64,000 bases of DNA from assembly GCA_025558095.1 (NCBI GenBank), contig JAIVFI010000020.1:372001-436000 (forward strand). Reading direction: 5' to 3'. Under the pieces are notes generated by a model, which saw nothing but the letters and a program-made list of their open reading frames with translations, had not been told where the DNA came from and made no database searches. The DNA is from Hyaloraphidium curvatum SAG 235-1. Its lineage: Eukaryota; Fungi; Monoblepharomycota. The position numbers and the translations under genes are program-made. This document shows, piece after piece, positions 62,189 through 64,000 of this stretch. Within the stretch, counting starts at the first letter, position 1. Every line of letters starts with the position of its first letter.

Positions 62189-64000
62189 TCATCGTGCTCG
62201 CTCAAGGAAGCGCTGGAGCTGCGTGTAGTCGTCGTTCGTGGCAATGGAGAGCTGGAGGAGACGATGTCAGAAGCTACTCGAAGTCGTCGCCGAGGCACCT
62301 ACGGATCCAATGTCGAGGATGTGGACGCGCCCGTCCGAGGAACCGATGGCGCTCCGCCGTCCGTCCGGCGTCCAGGCGAGCTTGTTGAGGGCGACACCGC
62401 CACCGTCGATGTAGGTGCTGACGATGGGAATCTGCGGGAACGGTGCTTCAGGCAGGCACGGGGATCATTGGGGTGGAAAACCCACCTCGGCATCCTGGTT
62501 CAGGTTGTAGATGTCGAAACGGCCACTGCCGTCCACAGAGGCAAACACTGCGGGGTGCGAGGGCGACCACTTGACGTCGTACACGTGGTCGTCCGACTCG
62601 GCGAAGGTGAGGATCGGGGCAAAGGTCTCGGGTGCCGTAGTGGCCTTGTTGAGTGTCTAGGCCACGGCACGAACGCCCGGATCAGCGCCAGTCCACAGCC
62701 GACCGTTCCAATCCCCACCTTTGCCCTCCAGAGGCTGATGGTCCAGTCCACCGACGACGTGAGGAAGTAGTTGGACAGGTTCGCGGGCCCGAACAGCGGG
62801 TGGAAGCTGATGCCCGTCACCGCAGCCGCGTGGCCTCGGTAGGCGTCGTTGATCCCCGCCTTGCTCCCGGCCTGGTCGTAGCGGTTCACCTGGTACACCG
62901 CGCCCTCCTCCGTTCCCACCCAGAACGTCGCGGTCTCGTTGTCGGGCAGCGCGAGGCAGGTCACTGCCACCTCGTCCGTCTTTGGGTGCGCGGGGCGGGA
63001 GAGCTCCAGCGTCTCCTGTGGCTGCGCAAGCATGTCCAGCTGCCACGAGGCCACGAGGCCGTCTGTGCTGGCCGAGAGGAGGGAGTGGGCGTTGTGGGTG
63101 CCGGTCACAGCTAGGGAGTAAACCGGGTGCGTGTGGCCCGAGCCCGTCAGAGGGGTCTTGAGCACCGGGTCCGCCTTTGCGCGCGTGTCCCAAAGAACGA
63201 TCTGGCCCGAGTAAGTGCCGCCGATGACCATGTTGGGGTGGAACGGCGAGAACATGGCCGTCATGACGTCGGACTGGTGAATAAGGACTGGTTGAGCAAT
63301 GGCGGAGGGCGCTGAAAGCGTCGAAAACCCACCTGAGCCCGGAAAACAAACTCTGGTCGTGCTTGGAGGTGCACGTTCCAGACCAAAGCGAGCCCGTCCG
63401 CCTCGCCGGCAGCCAGCGAGCTCCGGTTGTACGAGGCGACCACCAGCTCCGGGTAGGCGGCCGAGAAGGAGCAGTCCGTGACGGAACGATGCCGCGTCAG
63501 CCGCTCGTCAGAAAACTGGAGGACGGCCTTGACGGATTTGCCCGCGTCCGCGTCGCTGGGTAACGGCGGTGAGGGAACGCTGGGAAGGTCGATTTAGGGG
63601 AGCCACGCACCGGTCCGACCCGACCCCGACGGTGTAGTCTTTCATGTAGTCGTACGGTTCCGACAGCATCCGCTCCACGACCTTGGAGGAGCGGTCGATA
63701 AAGTCGAGGAAAGGTTCCGAGGCCATGATTTGCTGCTTCTCCTCGTCGGCGAGTTCTGGGGGACCCGGTAGGTCTAGCGTCGCCACCAAGCGTGTAGGGA
63801 CCGACAGCAACGCACCCCGTGGCGGCGGTGGCGCCTGCGCCCCGTCCGCCAATTCATTCGCCGGTTCCATCTCCTGGATGCTCATCGAGGCCACGCCTGA
63901 CACGAGCGTGTCCGACGCCGACTCTGCCGCCTTGGTCGGCGGCACATCCTCCGTCTCGACCTCGACGGTCTGCACCTCCTTTGAGTAGGTGACGCGTTCC
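62189..64000 (-). CDS. Cytoplasmic dynein intermediate chain (WD40), 5' end outside the window
   Basis: [62 protein letters not shown]. Confidence 0.93.

Overview
GC-rich, very compact eukaryotic DNA with many short spliceosomal introns (GT(G/A/C)NG donors, CTGAC/CTAAC branch points, YAG or AAG acceptors). The gene content suggests an early-diverging, chytrid/monoblepharid-like fungus; this is inference, not confirmed. About 33 protein-coding genes are supported. Housekeeping genes: UGP1, eIF1A, RPP2, CstF64/RNA15, RRP41, PMR1, HEM15, RPB12, a PDI, DCTN3 and a dynein intermediate chain. Genes with animal-type architectures: ankyrin-NUDT12, cullin-2 and an ARHGAP12-like SH3-WW-WW-PH-RhoGAP. 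Bacterial-looking accessory genes: a Cache-HAMP hybrid histidine kinase, a phytase-like/LTD secreted protein, an FkbM methyltransferase and an NHL-repeat protein. Also present are a CFEM-like/TM/non-RD receptor kinase, a small cluster of signal-anchored glycan-modifying genes, a non-autonomous Helitron with an intact 3' terminus, and a pogo-like HTH relic. Gene bodies show repeated C-rich to G-rich skew switches. CDS coordinates are gene spans including introns. All family calls come from motif recognition by eye; no searches were run.
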